Assembly (NCBI RefSeq): GCF_021869535.1
Contig: NW_026262685.1
Span: 1,488,001-1,552,000 of the forward strand
Length of the DNA stretch: 64,000 nucleotides
Direction: 5' to 3'
Source: Mytilus californianus
Taxonomy: Eukaryota
Part shown: positions 11,887-23,170 of the stretch, piece after piece
Position numbering within the stretch: the first letter of the stretch is position 1
Layout: each line of letters starts with the position of its first letter
Position numbers and translations under genes: made by a program
Notes under the pieces: generated by a model
The model's database searches: none
Told to the model about the DNA's origin: nothing
The model's input: only the letters and a program-made list of their open reading frames with translations

Positions 11887-13331
11887 CGTGTATAAAGGAT
11901 AATAGGGCAATTTCTGAAAAAAACGTTATCATTTAGTGTTAACACAGTTGAACACAGTCTGCAGGTTGTTCATGAAGAAAGATGACGCTTTTTATATACT
12001 GAATGTCTTAGCTTTCCCGTAATTATTTCCCCTCAGAAAATATTTTATGTAAAGCTATAGTTGGTATTATCCATATATGTGTTTTTGGTGCTGTAAAGTT
12101 CGCATATGAATATTTATAAATTATAAACCGTTTGTGAGTACACTCATAATTCTAGTTTCAAACCTCAAACCATATACATATCAAAGCAGTAGGTGATAGT
12201 ATCAGGAAAAAAAGGTAAAAATACATAAATTTCTGGAAATTGTATCCTGCTAAGGATTATGTGGATCATTTTGAAATTAGTATTTTGAAAGAGCTTTAGA
12301 TTTTGTAAATAACACATCTTTTTTATATTTTTTTCAACACGCAGCAAAGATTAACATTTTTTTTAGATATCAGTGTTTAAAAAGTCACTAAGGAAATTCT
12401 TTCGATAAATGATGTGAATGGGCACGCAAAATTTCAGATAGTGCAATTTCTCAGATTTGTTTTAAAAGTGTACGATTGTGGTTTGGAATTACTTTTTACC
12501 GACGTGGGGATACATCTATTGATTTCTGTCATTTTCATCCAAGGGAGAGTTAGTTTCAAGCGTCGCCAGTTTTCTCTTTATAAGAACACAACTGTAATTG
12601 AACTAAAAAAGAAAAATGAAAAAAATATTGGAAAACTGAACAAAGAAAGATAATCCGAAAAATAATCTTGTTTTTTTTTTTAAATTTATAGTTATCGCCC
12701 TTATACCACTGTTTATTAACAAACGTCAGTTGTTCAAAGCGACACAATACAAATTGAAAATGCGACAGCAATACAACGATACAAATATTCACATCTCGAG
12801 TTCAGCTTACATTCTTAACCAATAAAAGTTCGGGATAAATTAACTGAGACTTCTCCAAGTTCTGCCTTTTTAACCATTAAATATTAAACTAAATGATACC
12901 CTGGGACAGTCACAATATTTTGTGTTAAACATTATTGAGAGTTCAACGCCCCAACTTTTTACCTTTATAAATGAATTAACCAAAGGTACGCAATGATAAC
13001 CAACAAGGTATAATTATTACCCTCATGAATAATTAGGTTTAGTAAGCCAAAAAAGAAAATTGAAATTGCAATTCATACACTTATTTGTTTTTTAAAAACA
13101 ATATGACGGTAAAAAGAATGAGTATATTGTACTGTATGTCGTACGTAGAATGGAAAAGTCGCAACGTTTGTCTAATGGTTGTACGAACATTACCACGAGA
13201 AATTATAGTATTAACTTAGTAAAACGAAGTCAAGGAAAACAAATTGCAAGCAGTATCTATATGTTGTATTTATAGGTAAAAAAAAAGAGGATTTTTAAAA
13301 GAGAATGTGTCATCAAAATATCTGCAAAATG

Positions 13332-13392
13332 AAAATAAGAAGATGTGGTGTAATTGCCAATGAGAAAACTATACGAATGAATGAATGAATAG
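13332..13392. repeat. Family A fragment abutting a (GAAT)n tract
   Basis: AAAATAAGAAGATGTGGTGTAATTGCCAATGAGA followed by GAATGAATGAATGAAT. Confidence 0.6.
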
Positions 13393-13476
13393 TTTATTAT
13401 AGTGTAACCTGTATATATACAACAAACACATATTAGTTCAATATTACATTACAGCCAGCCAAATAGGCTTACGATG

Positions 13477-13941
13477 CACTGCACTATATATTCACTCACA
13501 TGAATTTCAAGTGAATTTCAATCCATGTGAATCTCACGTGAAATTCACATAAATTTCACCTCAAACGAGCTTATACGTGAAACTCACGTGGAATCAGTTC
13601 ATGTGAGTTTCACGTGCATCTCGTGTGAAGATCACGTTAATTTCACATGAAAATAACATGATTTTTTTCACGTGAAATTCACATGAATTTTAAAAATAAA
13701 GTTATTCAAATAACATTTATATTTTCAAATTTATTTGAAATTATGAAAAAATACAAATCTTTTGTTGGGTAAAGTTCAAGTGAAATTCATGTGAATCTCA
13801 ATTCACGTTAAATTCACATGAAAACTTTCATGTGAGTTTCATGTATAAGCTCGTTTGAGGTGAATTTCACGTGATTTTTTCACGTGAGTTTCACGTGAGA
13901 TACATGTAAAGTTCACGTGAGCAAAATTTGCCTGTGTAGTA
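13477..13941. mobile_element. Foldback element built from TTCACGTGAA-like repeats
   Basis: Perfect internal inverted 20-mer CACCTCAAACGAGCTTATAC / GTATAAGCTCGTTTGAGGTG, AT-rich centre, weak terminal match CACTGCAC / rc(GTGTAGTA). Confidence 0.7.
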
Positions 13942-15099
13942 CGCTATAAAAGATCCAGCATGACACAATGTGAAAAATGGAAGAAAAGAAAAAGCAACGG
14001 ACTAATTTGTGTTAAAACATTTATGTTGACAAACAGAGCCGCAACCAACGCAACCATTGAAATACAGGGTCCTAACTTCGGACATGCACATAAAATGTCG
14101 GGTTTAAACAACAGGTGCTCAACCGTGGCCTACCCTAATCTGGGAAACTGGTTAATACCACGACATAAGAACAGACTGTACAAAAATACTTCCTGTTACC
14201 AGACATATAATATATATGTCTGTGATGTTACCAACATATCCAAACTAAAAATGGTAGCAAGTGTTATTTTAAGTGTTACAACCACTTCCTTAGTTAATCA
14301 GGCATTTAGTCCATGCCTGCCTGACTGAGGTTATATGACTGTGACCTCGTTTTCGTGTTTCATTGTGTTTTTCTTTGCTCAAGTCCGTTTCTGTAAGCTA
14401 TGGATGGTTTATTATATCGGCGTAAGGTGAAGCTGTCTGTTCGCCAAGGATCGAACGACCGTACCCTTTTTCATGGGTCTGGTTCAGTGATTAAAGGTAG
14501 TTTTTGTAATTTGTAATCTAGTGCACCACGTTTAAAAATGAGATTGGGCGTTCGTTTTCTGATAAAAGTATCGGTACAACTAAATAATATTCCTAGTCAC
14601 TAGGTTAGATGAACCATTGTTTTCGGTAACTAACATATATCGATATTGTATTCAGTCATACGAGATTAGAATTGTTAGACCTTCTGTCATATAAAGGATA
14701 AGAGAGACTTATGTAACCTTACAATGGGAACTTGTGACAACACTTATTCAGGCTCCTCTGTACTTGTATACAGAACTTTCAGTGCTATTTTTCGACGTAG
14801 CGTTTCTGTTGTCTGTTTGTTGATTTTGATATTTGGACATTCGACCTTGACTTTCAGTACATTGTTTTCAGTAGTTATTGTAATACAGGCAAAGGTATTC
14901 TTCTTATCTGCTCTTGGGATCTATATTCCATTGATAAATTTGAAATGTTCATTAAAACTTAATTTGCAATTAACGGCAGAACTTATTTTTGTAGAGCTTC
15001 ACTAATATATATGCTTCTTTTTGGTTATATCAACCCAATGTATTTATACATTGCTTGCTCTTAGCATTCCTGATGAAGGCTAACCCCTCAAAGCACAAA

Positions 15100-15641
15100 T
15101 ACAATATTATAAAGAAGTAGGGCCAATATCCCCTAAATTTATTTCAATACTAAAAGGTTTAACAACATTTTGAATTGTTTTTGAAAAGAAGTGAACAAAA
15201 ATTAGTGCATCTTCAACAACTGACACTCTCTAACATTGTAGACTAGAATATAATTCATGACTAAAAGTTTCCGCAAAAATTGTCGTTCAATGACAAAAAC
15301 TCCTATAAGAAGTAGAACGAAGATTTTGGCTAAGTTTGACTTATTTGTAGATCTTGCCATGCTGATTATTTCTGTTTTTACGAGCTATCTATTATAGTTT
15401 TATAGATAACAGGCATCAATGCAAAATTATGTTAAAAATCGCCATTTAAGGGCAAAAACTCAGACACATTTAAAAAAAGAATAGATTCCCCAATAATGAT
15501 TGTGGGCAAGTTTGGTTTAATTTGGCTTTTTAGTTCCAGAGAAGATTTTTGTAAAAGTTATTGGAGATGGACAAAATGGGATGACAAACACCAAGTGATG
15601 GAAAAAGTTCACACTGGCCCTTCGGCCCAAGTGAGCTTAAA
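15100..15641 (-). mobile_element. HINE-like element, same family as the 9560 fragment; left end truncated or degenerate
   Basis: Minus strand starts TTTAAGCTCACTTGGGCCGAAGGGCCAGTGTGAACTTTTTCCATCACTTGG (5' hairpin), followed by degenerate core sequence. Confidence 0.6.
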
Positions 15642-16345
15642 TTCGTTTATTGTTTATAAAGAAGAAAAAAATTATGCTCTCCCTGAAAGATGAACAGTCA
15701 GTGCCTAAGTGCAGAAAACCAACATCCCAATCATTTCACTTTGTACATTGAGATAAACTTTTACCTTTTGCCAACTAACCACAACAGAAAACAAACTTAT
15801 TTTTATTACTAGATGATACCCTGCTGTCTATATGCTTGGGTTTCTGAAGGTCTGAGCAAAATTTTGTCCAACTTACTCTCCCATTAATGAAGTTGTTGGA
15901 GCATATGCATAGACTGCTTGTCCTAATATGTAAACAGATGAGGAACCTAACCCTACCACTAGACCATAAACAGTTAAGGTGACCTACGTTTGCTCTCAAA
16001 TTGTCTAGACCACTTGTGAATAAAGGAGCTAGTTTCAATGTTTCTATCCGAATTTCAATTAAGTATTCAGTAGCTATTATCACAATAATTCATAGCTAAA
16101 CCAGTAACTAAAAAGAAAATGTTATTTTTTGGAAAATTTGTTTATTGGCATTCTTTTTATGATGTTGTAATTACCATCAATTTCAATTTTCCACTAGTGA
16201 AAACAGGCAAATTTCAATTGATTTTCAGGACCCCCCAAAAAAAGAACATATAAACCAAATGTGTCGGCAAAAATGATCTTGTGTCATTGTGTTTGTTTTA
16301 ACATACATGACTTGACTATTAAGTTTGTTGAGCCCTGCACATTAT

Positions 16346-16596
16346 GATTGATTGATTGGTGTTTAATGCCACTTTCAGCACTATTGGCTATTTCGTGGTG
16401 GCCAGTTTTTATTGTTGGAGGAAGAAGGAGTCCCTGCAGAGAACCACCAACCTTCTGTAGGAAAACTGACAACCCTAGTCAATTCAGATTGGAGTCGAAT
16501 GCACCTGATGCAGGACTCGAACTCGCAACCTCAGTGTTGACAGGTTAGTGATACAGTAGTTGAACTACTTAGAATACTCAGCCATCAAGGCCCCTC
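16346..16596 (-). mobile_element. tRNA-derived SINE, V-SINE-like (resembles the molluscan RUDI type)
   Basis: Minus strand has A box TGGCTGAGTATT (16573-16584), B box GAGTTCGAGTCC (16513-16524), a V-domain-like GGTGGTTCTCTGCAGGGACTCCTTCTTCCTCC and a (CAAT)n tail. Further copies at 17140, 40649 and 49726. Confidence 0.8.
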
Positions 16597-17139
16597 TGCA
16601 AATGTTGTTTCCTTGGCCTAAATTTTGTTGAAATTCACCAGAATCTCAAATTTTTACAATAATAATTCTATCTCACTTTCCCACAGGTACATTCATCGCC
16701 TTGATACACTTTTCTTCTTGAAATGTTAGTAATAGATCTAATATTGAGGGTGAAATAAGGCCCTTACAGCACCTACCCCTCTATCAAAACTTAATCAAAG
16801 ATCTGCCTTCAATATCAAATTTCGTAAATGACAAAATAAATCATAACAACTGATGAGATTGGAGACCGGTAGACCAACATATGGCTAGGTTTAAATAGTT
16901 CTTTAAGATTTTAGCAATCCACCATCTACCTCTAGCAGCGGATAAACAAAAGGTACATGAAGAGCATACAAAAACATCAGTACAGGAAAAACACTTAACT
17001 TTATAACCAATCACAAGAAAGACAGAACATTCAAACAATACATAGCATTTTATCTTAGAATGATTTTAGTTCCTGAAAGCTAGCTCAAAAGTACTTCTTA
17101 ACCTACAGATGTGAAATTGCCGTCATGCACCCTGGAGCT

Positions 17140-17310
17140 ATAGTGCCGGAGAGGACACTAACTTTCAGCAGGAAAACTGACACTCTTAGTCAATTGAGAT
17201 TGGAGTTCAATGCACCTGCCATATGCATGGTTCCAACACATAACCTCAGTGTTGCCAGGCTGGTGATACAGTAGTTGAACTACTTAGACCAACTCGGCCA
17301 TCGAGGCCCT
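17140..17310 (-). mobile_element. Second SINE copy, tail missing
   Basis: Shares GGAAAACTGAC..AGTCAATT.AGATTGGAGT..AATGCACCTG..AACCTCAGTGTTG.CAGG..GTGATACAGTAGTTGAACTACTTAG with the 16346 copy. Confidence 0.8.
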
Positions 17311-17711
17311 ATCCCCATAGAAAAAGTCTTTACACAGAAAACCTTGTTGTCATAAACATGCTGTTCCTTAGGGTATAGCAGTACTACTGAGATAATTGCT
17401 GTTTCATATATATATATTCATTCCATTTGCTTTTACCCAAACCAGTCTCATACAATTTGAAGAGGTTAATAAAAAGAAGAATATGTTTACATTTCAAGAT
17501 TTTTAATCTTTAAAAAAATATAAAACAATAACAAATAACATTATCATAAATAACAGGATTTCTATATCAATGATTAATTTACAATGAAACATATGATAAG
17601 ACTAGATAAATTCTAGCAAGAATTGATAACATGGAATTCACAGCTTAGTTTGTAGTGAGATCAATGTTCAAGGAATGCACCAGGTTATCTCCCCTTCAAT
17701 AACATGAAGGA

Positions 17712-17752
17712 TTAACTCCCTTTGAAGACTTTAGCACCATTTGTGAACAAAC
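17712..17752 (-). other. Candidate downstream exon start of protocadherin B (phase 1 would give GLFTNGAKVFKGS*)
   Basis: Acceptor tatatttatttgcag|GT resembles gene A's terminal acceptor gcag|GT; there is no protein homology support. Confidence 0.3.
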
Positions 17753-19904
17753 CTGCAAATAAATATATAGCTATTGAAATAATATGTCAAAGTAGATTAA
17801 TAGTTAATATCTCATGGTAAAAACAAAAATCAAATTGTTGTAATGAAACTGCAAAACAATTTTAACTTTTATTATAAAATTAAATGTTTTACCTGTTTTT
17901 TTAACAGAATGCTGTGAAGAAGATTTAACATAAACACCATTATTAATGTCTGTTAATTTATTTTTATTATCTTAGAAATCTGTATATTGTCAACTACCAA
18001 TAAATTTCAACCTTTCAGTGAGGCAAAAATAAATGAATATCAATTAAATGGATAACACTGTTACATCCACTTTGTCCTATGGTATGACTGTTTGATTGAC
18101 TGATTGTTGCTTGCTTAACTTTCATTGGCAATCCTATAGTATATATAATCAGTCCCAACTATGTTTCAGTAGCTTAACTGCCCCATATAAAGTTTTAAAT
18201 TGTCTACAATGTATTTCTAATTTATTTTCATGTTTTTCTTTTGTTTTATTTGGATATGTCTCAAAATTCTCGAAATTAAAAAAATAATAGACAGAAAATA
18301 TTTGAAATATCTAAAACCATTCAACAGTATGAAACAAAAAATGCTTGATATTAAATGAAAAAGTCTTAATGTCTATTTCTTTCAATGATATTTTTACCAA
18401 TATATGATTAGGAATGATGATTTGCAATACTGCATATATTTAGCATATTTGATCTTTATGTATACTTACATCATACAGTGAGGATACAATCCTTGAGTGG
18501 CAGTGTACATAAGTGGCTCTGTTTGTCTTTCTGTATCTAACACTTGGAATCATATAGATAATATCAAAGTCATATAAATCTCTACGAGGTATCATATCTT
18601 TTAAAATACTGCTTTCAGGAAAAATCTGTAATAATCTGGAAAAAAATAAAATATTCTAAGTTATTTCTTGGATAGTAAACCATTATATTAAGACAGTAAG
18701 AATAAAAATATTAAAAAAGATAAACACACACAAAAATAACATACCTAGAAAACAAAAGAAATCAAAACATAACAAATAAGTGAAAAAGTGACATGTGATA
18801 ACTATTCTACTTCAAGATCAGGAAAGGACAACAAATTTAATAAAAATTACAACATTTGTACAAAGAATGATACAAACATAACCTTATTTTAGAGTACATA
18901 ATAATAAGCTTGAAAGAGACTTAGTCAAAGATCTGCCTCTAATATCAGATTTCCTAAATGACAAAACAATGTTGTTCATCCCATGATTAATAATACCTGT
19001 GGTTATCTCCCATGTCACAATCAGTAGGAATAAATAAAAATAATCAAATTATCTCCCTTAGTCCATTAAATCATTGTGACCACCGTGTCAGATTTTATAA
19101 GGGGATTTAAAAATGGTCAAATTGCATGTCAAAATTTCATTAATAATGATTTTAACAAGTTCAAACTTTCTCTTGATCTATAATTAAGTCAGTAATAACA
19201 GGTTAATGTATGATTTGGTCAATTAAAGGACTTAGAATCATGAACCAAGATATCCTGTCCACGCTAAATCTAATTTTATTACTTCTGAAATGTGCATTTT
19301 TTAGCCTGATTAACCATAAGATTTATGACTATTTTACAAGCAATCTAAACATATAATTATCACAACAAATAAAACCTGTTCAACTTTAAGGTGGAGTTAC
19401 CTCAAAATTTAGAAATAAAGCATGGACTTAACTAAGCTTACACAACCACAATCTTAAATTAACATCTACTCTTTCTGTTTGGATTGGGTTTTAAATGATA
19501 TGTATGCTAAACAATGAAACAATTTTCAAGCTCCATAAGATGTATGAATAGTCCATGGTGTAATACAGTTTAAGTTCTCAACTCAAGTCAGTAATCTTAT
19601 CAGTAAGATTGTTTTTTTCTATATCGTAGAGCCTTTTCATCTTTTATGGAATAAGTTTTTTGATGACAGAGACAGTACCATTCCTTTATCTATGACATGT
19701 CTAGACTAAGAGTTATTTTGACCTTAACATAAAGTATAAACTAATGTTGAAGAGAGAATATTGATTGCTACATGTTTTAATCTGGATTTATTTTCATGTT
19801 GGGTTGCTGACATATTCCCTCGACTACCTGGTATTCTTTTTATTTTTTTGTCTAATTCCAATATTTTACATTAAGGTTTTGACTGTTGTACAATCAGCAC
19901 TTAC

Positions 19905-20055
19905 CATTACTCTATATAACAATGCCACTCCTTGGATACATCTGATGATGGTGGACATCCTCCTCACTGCCACCACGGCCACTATCACTCGTCACATCCT
20001 CACTTAAATCACTACGTGTATCTTCACCATGGCGTTTACTCCAAATCTGTCGTCT
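19905..20055 (-). CDS. Protocadherin B exon 3 (RRQIWSKRHGEDTRSDLSEDVTSDSGRGGSEEDVHHHQMYPRSGIVI*), in-frame TAG at 19912-19914
   Basis: Acceptor atttttttgcag; donor AATG|gtaagt at 19904-19899. DSGRGGSEED is homologous to gene A exon 2254-2374. Confidence 0.8.
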
Positions 20056-21439
20056 CTGCAAAAAAATCGTTTATATGTTAAGTTTTCAACAAGAAGAAAA
20101 TACGAGAAAACACATATTAGTATGAATAGTTAAATGTCACCTTCTTTATAAAATCTTTCTTGATAGTAAGACAATAAATACATTGTTCAGACTTTAAACT
20201 TTTTCCCATGATTTCATACTTGAAAATCGGTATAAAAAATTAATATTGTCCTAACAAAATCACTCAACTCTCACCTTATAAAGTATCTATTTTGGCAAAT
20301 CTCAATAGCAAAAAAAGAGAACTACAAGTGACAATTTTAATGTCAGGAGACAGACATATCTAACAATTAAATTTAAAAGATTTCTGCAGAAGTTCTTGTC
20401 ACAGAAGTCATACTCCAGGTGTAAATGGGGGGCACCATATAATTCTATTACTATGACTATTATTTCCCAATGACATTCACATAAAATCACGATAATTAGT
20501 CCAATATTATTACAATGTTAAGAAATATTCTGACATCTTAATACCGAGAGGTTGGACATATTTTATATGAAGGGATAAAACCACTCCATGACGTCCATGC
20601 AGGAATATCAGTCCTAAATGTTACATCGAGTACCTCTTGACAATAAAAGAAATCTTCGCATTACAATGTCAAAACCGTATTTAATCAAATTATGTTCAGT
20701 TCATTTGAACTGTAGTCAAAGTGCATAGCTCCCACAGAGAAAAGCCTTTCTATTTAATGTATATTTAATCCCATTTTTCAGTATTTGAGTGAGAGAAAGG
20801 TACGCAGACACGCCCCCGTTTTTCTCATAATAAAAACTTAACATCCCTTGATTAAATGTTCTTTGAACTTTTAACAATAAGGCTCAACACAGAAACAAGT
20901 ACAATATTCATTTTCCCCTCCAAGAAACGAAAGAAAGAAGAAAAACTTCAAAGATAAAAGGATTATGAATAAATATGGGGCAATCTGTTTAAATATTTAC
21001 GTGGATAAATGTTGTATATATCAATAAATATCTGTTATATTAACTGTTGACTTTTGTATTGATTTTAGACACAATGTATCTTTTTAAAGTTGTGAAATTA
21101 TCTGAATATTCTTCACTGTTATGTTTCCTCATGGTCTATTTAACTTTTATTTGATAGTCATCTGAGAATTTATCTTGTTTAAAAGCTCATCGGAGTAAGG
21201 ATAAAAAAAAGAAATATAAAAGATATTTTCAAAAGAAAAGATAAAGAAGGAATCTCTGCTGTTACAAAACTATTGTAAACTTTTCTTCACAGTTATTTCA
21301 ACAGGGTCTAACCTTCAATCCACTGGACATTAAACTAACAACAATCAATCAATGTAGCCTTCGAGAAAACAGTCTAGAGATTTTATATCATATCTGTTCT
21401 CTTTTCAATATCAAAATAATATCAAATTTCCCATTTCAA

Positions 21440-21612
21440 GAAATATAGATTTTACCACTGCAACAAGTGTGTTACAATATTTCTCCACTCGAGACAGTTA
21501 AATTTTAATATTTAAAGCGTGAGGCTTGCCAAGCTTTTTAAATAATTAAAATTTAACTGTTGAGAGTGGAGAAATATCGTAATACACGAGTTATAGTGGT
21601 GGAATCTGTTTC
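21440..21612. mobile_element. Palindromic MITE-like repeat (long imperfect hairpin), probably extending to ~21800
   Basis: Arm GTGTTACAATATTTCTCCACTCGAGACAGTTAAATTTTAAT pairs imperfectly with ATTAAAATTTAACTGTTGAGAGTGGAGAAATATCGTAATACAC; ~80-bp arms. Confidence 0.65.
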
Positions 21613-23044
21613 TCTAATGATTTTTATCATTCCTTGTTCAAAGAATTGCAGACGCCTTTTTTCATGACGTCACAATAGGAAATTCAGAAGAAACCAAGAA
21701 AATTTAACTTCATTTTTAAATTTCGACCAATCATTTGCCGAGAACAGATATTTCACTAGTGAGGAGAAATATTTTTCTCACACCTATCAAGAAATGTGAA
21801 AATAGCACAAAAATTAGAGAAAATTAGTTTCTATATGAAAAACCTAAGCTACACCAAATATGAAAATTTGGATTAAAAAAATTCCTTTCAGTCAAAGAAA
21901 TAACTAGTAGGCTTAGATTTTGTGAAAAAATCTTAGTCTTGTGTAAGTCTTATAAACCAATAAAAATATTTACAAAATCTCAGTTTCCTCAAATAACCTT
22001 TAGTCAAACTCCTGTGTAAGTGCAGGATTTCCTATTTATGTGAATTGAAATGTTTTCAAGGGGAAGAAACAGCATTCTTTGTTGTAATAACATACTTTTT
22101 AACCATCTGTATAGGCCTTAACAGGTTCAAATTTTAAACAATCGCAGGATCTGTGATTAATAGGTATTTAGAAATACTTTAATACCGACATTCTATTCAT
22201 ATCAAATTTTTACCACGATTAAAAATTTAAATTCTAATTTCTGGATTTAAGATTTAACTTAAAGAATGAGAAACACTAAAAAAAGAATAAGATGTCAAAA
22301 TGAACTAAATTACCTTTAGAATGATGACTAACATGTAACTTTATAATAAAAAAATATGTGGTCATTGTTTTGTTTTTGATTTTGATCTTTAGACTTTTTA
22401 TCGGCAAAGTTGTTAGTGAACTGGAAAGTAAAACAAAGGAAAGGCAAGGTTGCTTGATTCCCATCTATAGATAGGCTTTAAATAAAAAACGTTATAAACA
22501 GACGAAGAAATAAACCAACATAATATTAAATTTCAAGATATTTTGTTAGGAAAAAGATTTAAAACAAGCTTAATTATTTGAATATATATACACCCAATAT
22601 TACAAGAAATTTAGTTGCACTTTTTGTAATTTTAAATACTTAAGAAAGAAAAGGCAATTCTGGATAGATGCAAACAGGACACCAACCAAATAGCACTAGA
22701 ATAATTCATATAATATATTATAATGTACAGACTTCATTACCTCCATCATCAGAAATAAATAGTCAAACCTGTATAATGGTCACCCCTCCAGACCAGACAA
22801 AACGGACCTTATAAAACAGATGATCTTTGAATTGAGGTTCAACACATATAGGTATTCCTACAACAGGACAGGAGGAGGATGGATGACCAGACAAGACAGT
22901 TTTTTTTCTAAATAGATTTGACCTTTATAGCAGGTTTGACCTGTTATATATAAATTCAGTAAATTCTGACAGGTCTTTTGCAGTCAATAGCTTCTATCAT
23001 AGGCTTAGGTAAGAAGAATTAATAATGTCTAATGAACTACTTAC

Positions 23045-23170
23045 ATCATCAGGGTGATATAATAATGGTTTATTATAGGAAGAATTCAGTAATTTCTGAT
23101 GAAGACGTATGGATGACATTCTATGGTGCTCTTCTTCGTGAGGGTTGGGATCCGATGAAGATTCATGAAT
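23045..23170 (-). CDS. Protocadherin B exon 2 (IHESSSDPNPHEEEHHRMSSIRLHQKLLNSSYNKPLLYHPDD), phase 0-0
   Basis: Acceptor ttactttcag, donor GAT|gtaagt, 126 nt open; HRMSSIRLHQ motif shared with gene A. Confidence 0.85.

Noticed and set aside
15070-15092. Hammerhead ribozyme core CTGATGA-AGG...CCT-CAAA
   Set aside because: The essential GAAA is absent (CAAA) and no convincing stems I/III or cleavage triplet were found; at best a decayed remnant.
16500-16596. tRNA gene
   Set aside because: A and B boxes are present but there is no clean cloverleaf, and it continues into a SINE body repeated elsewhere in the window.
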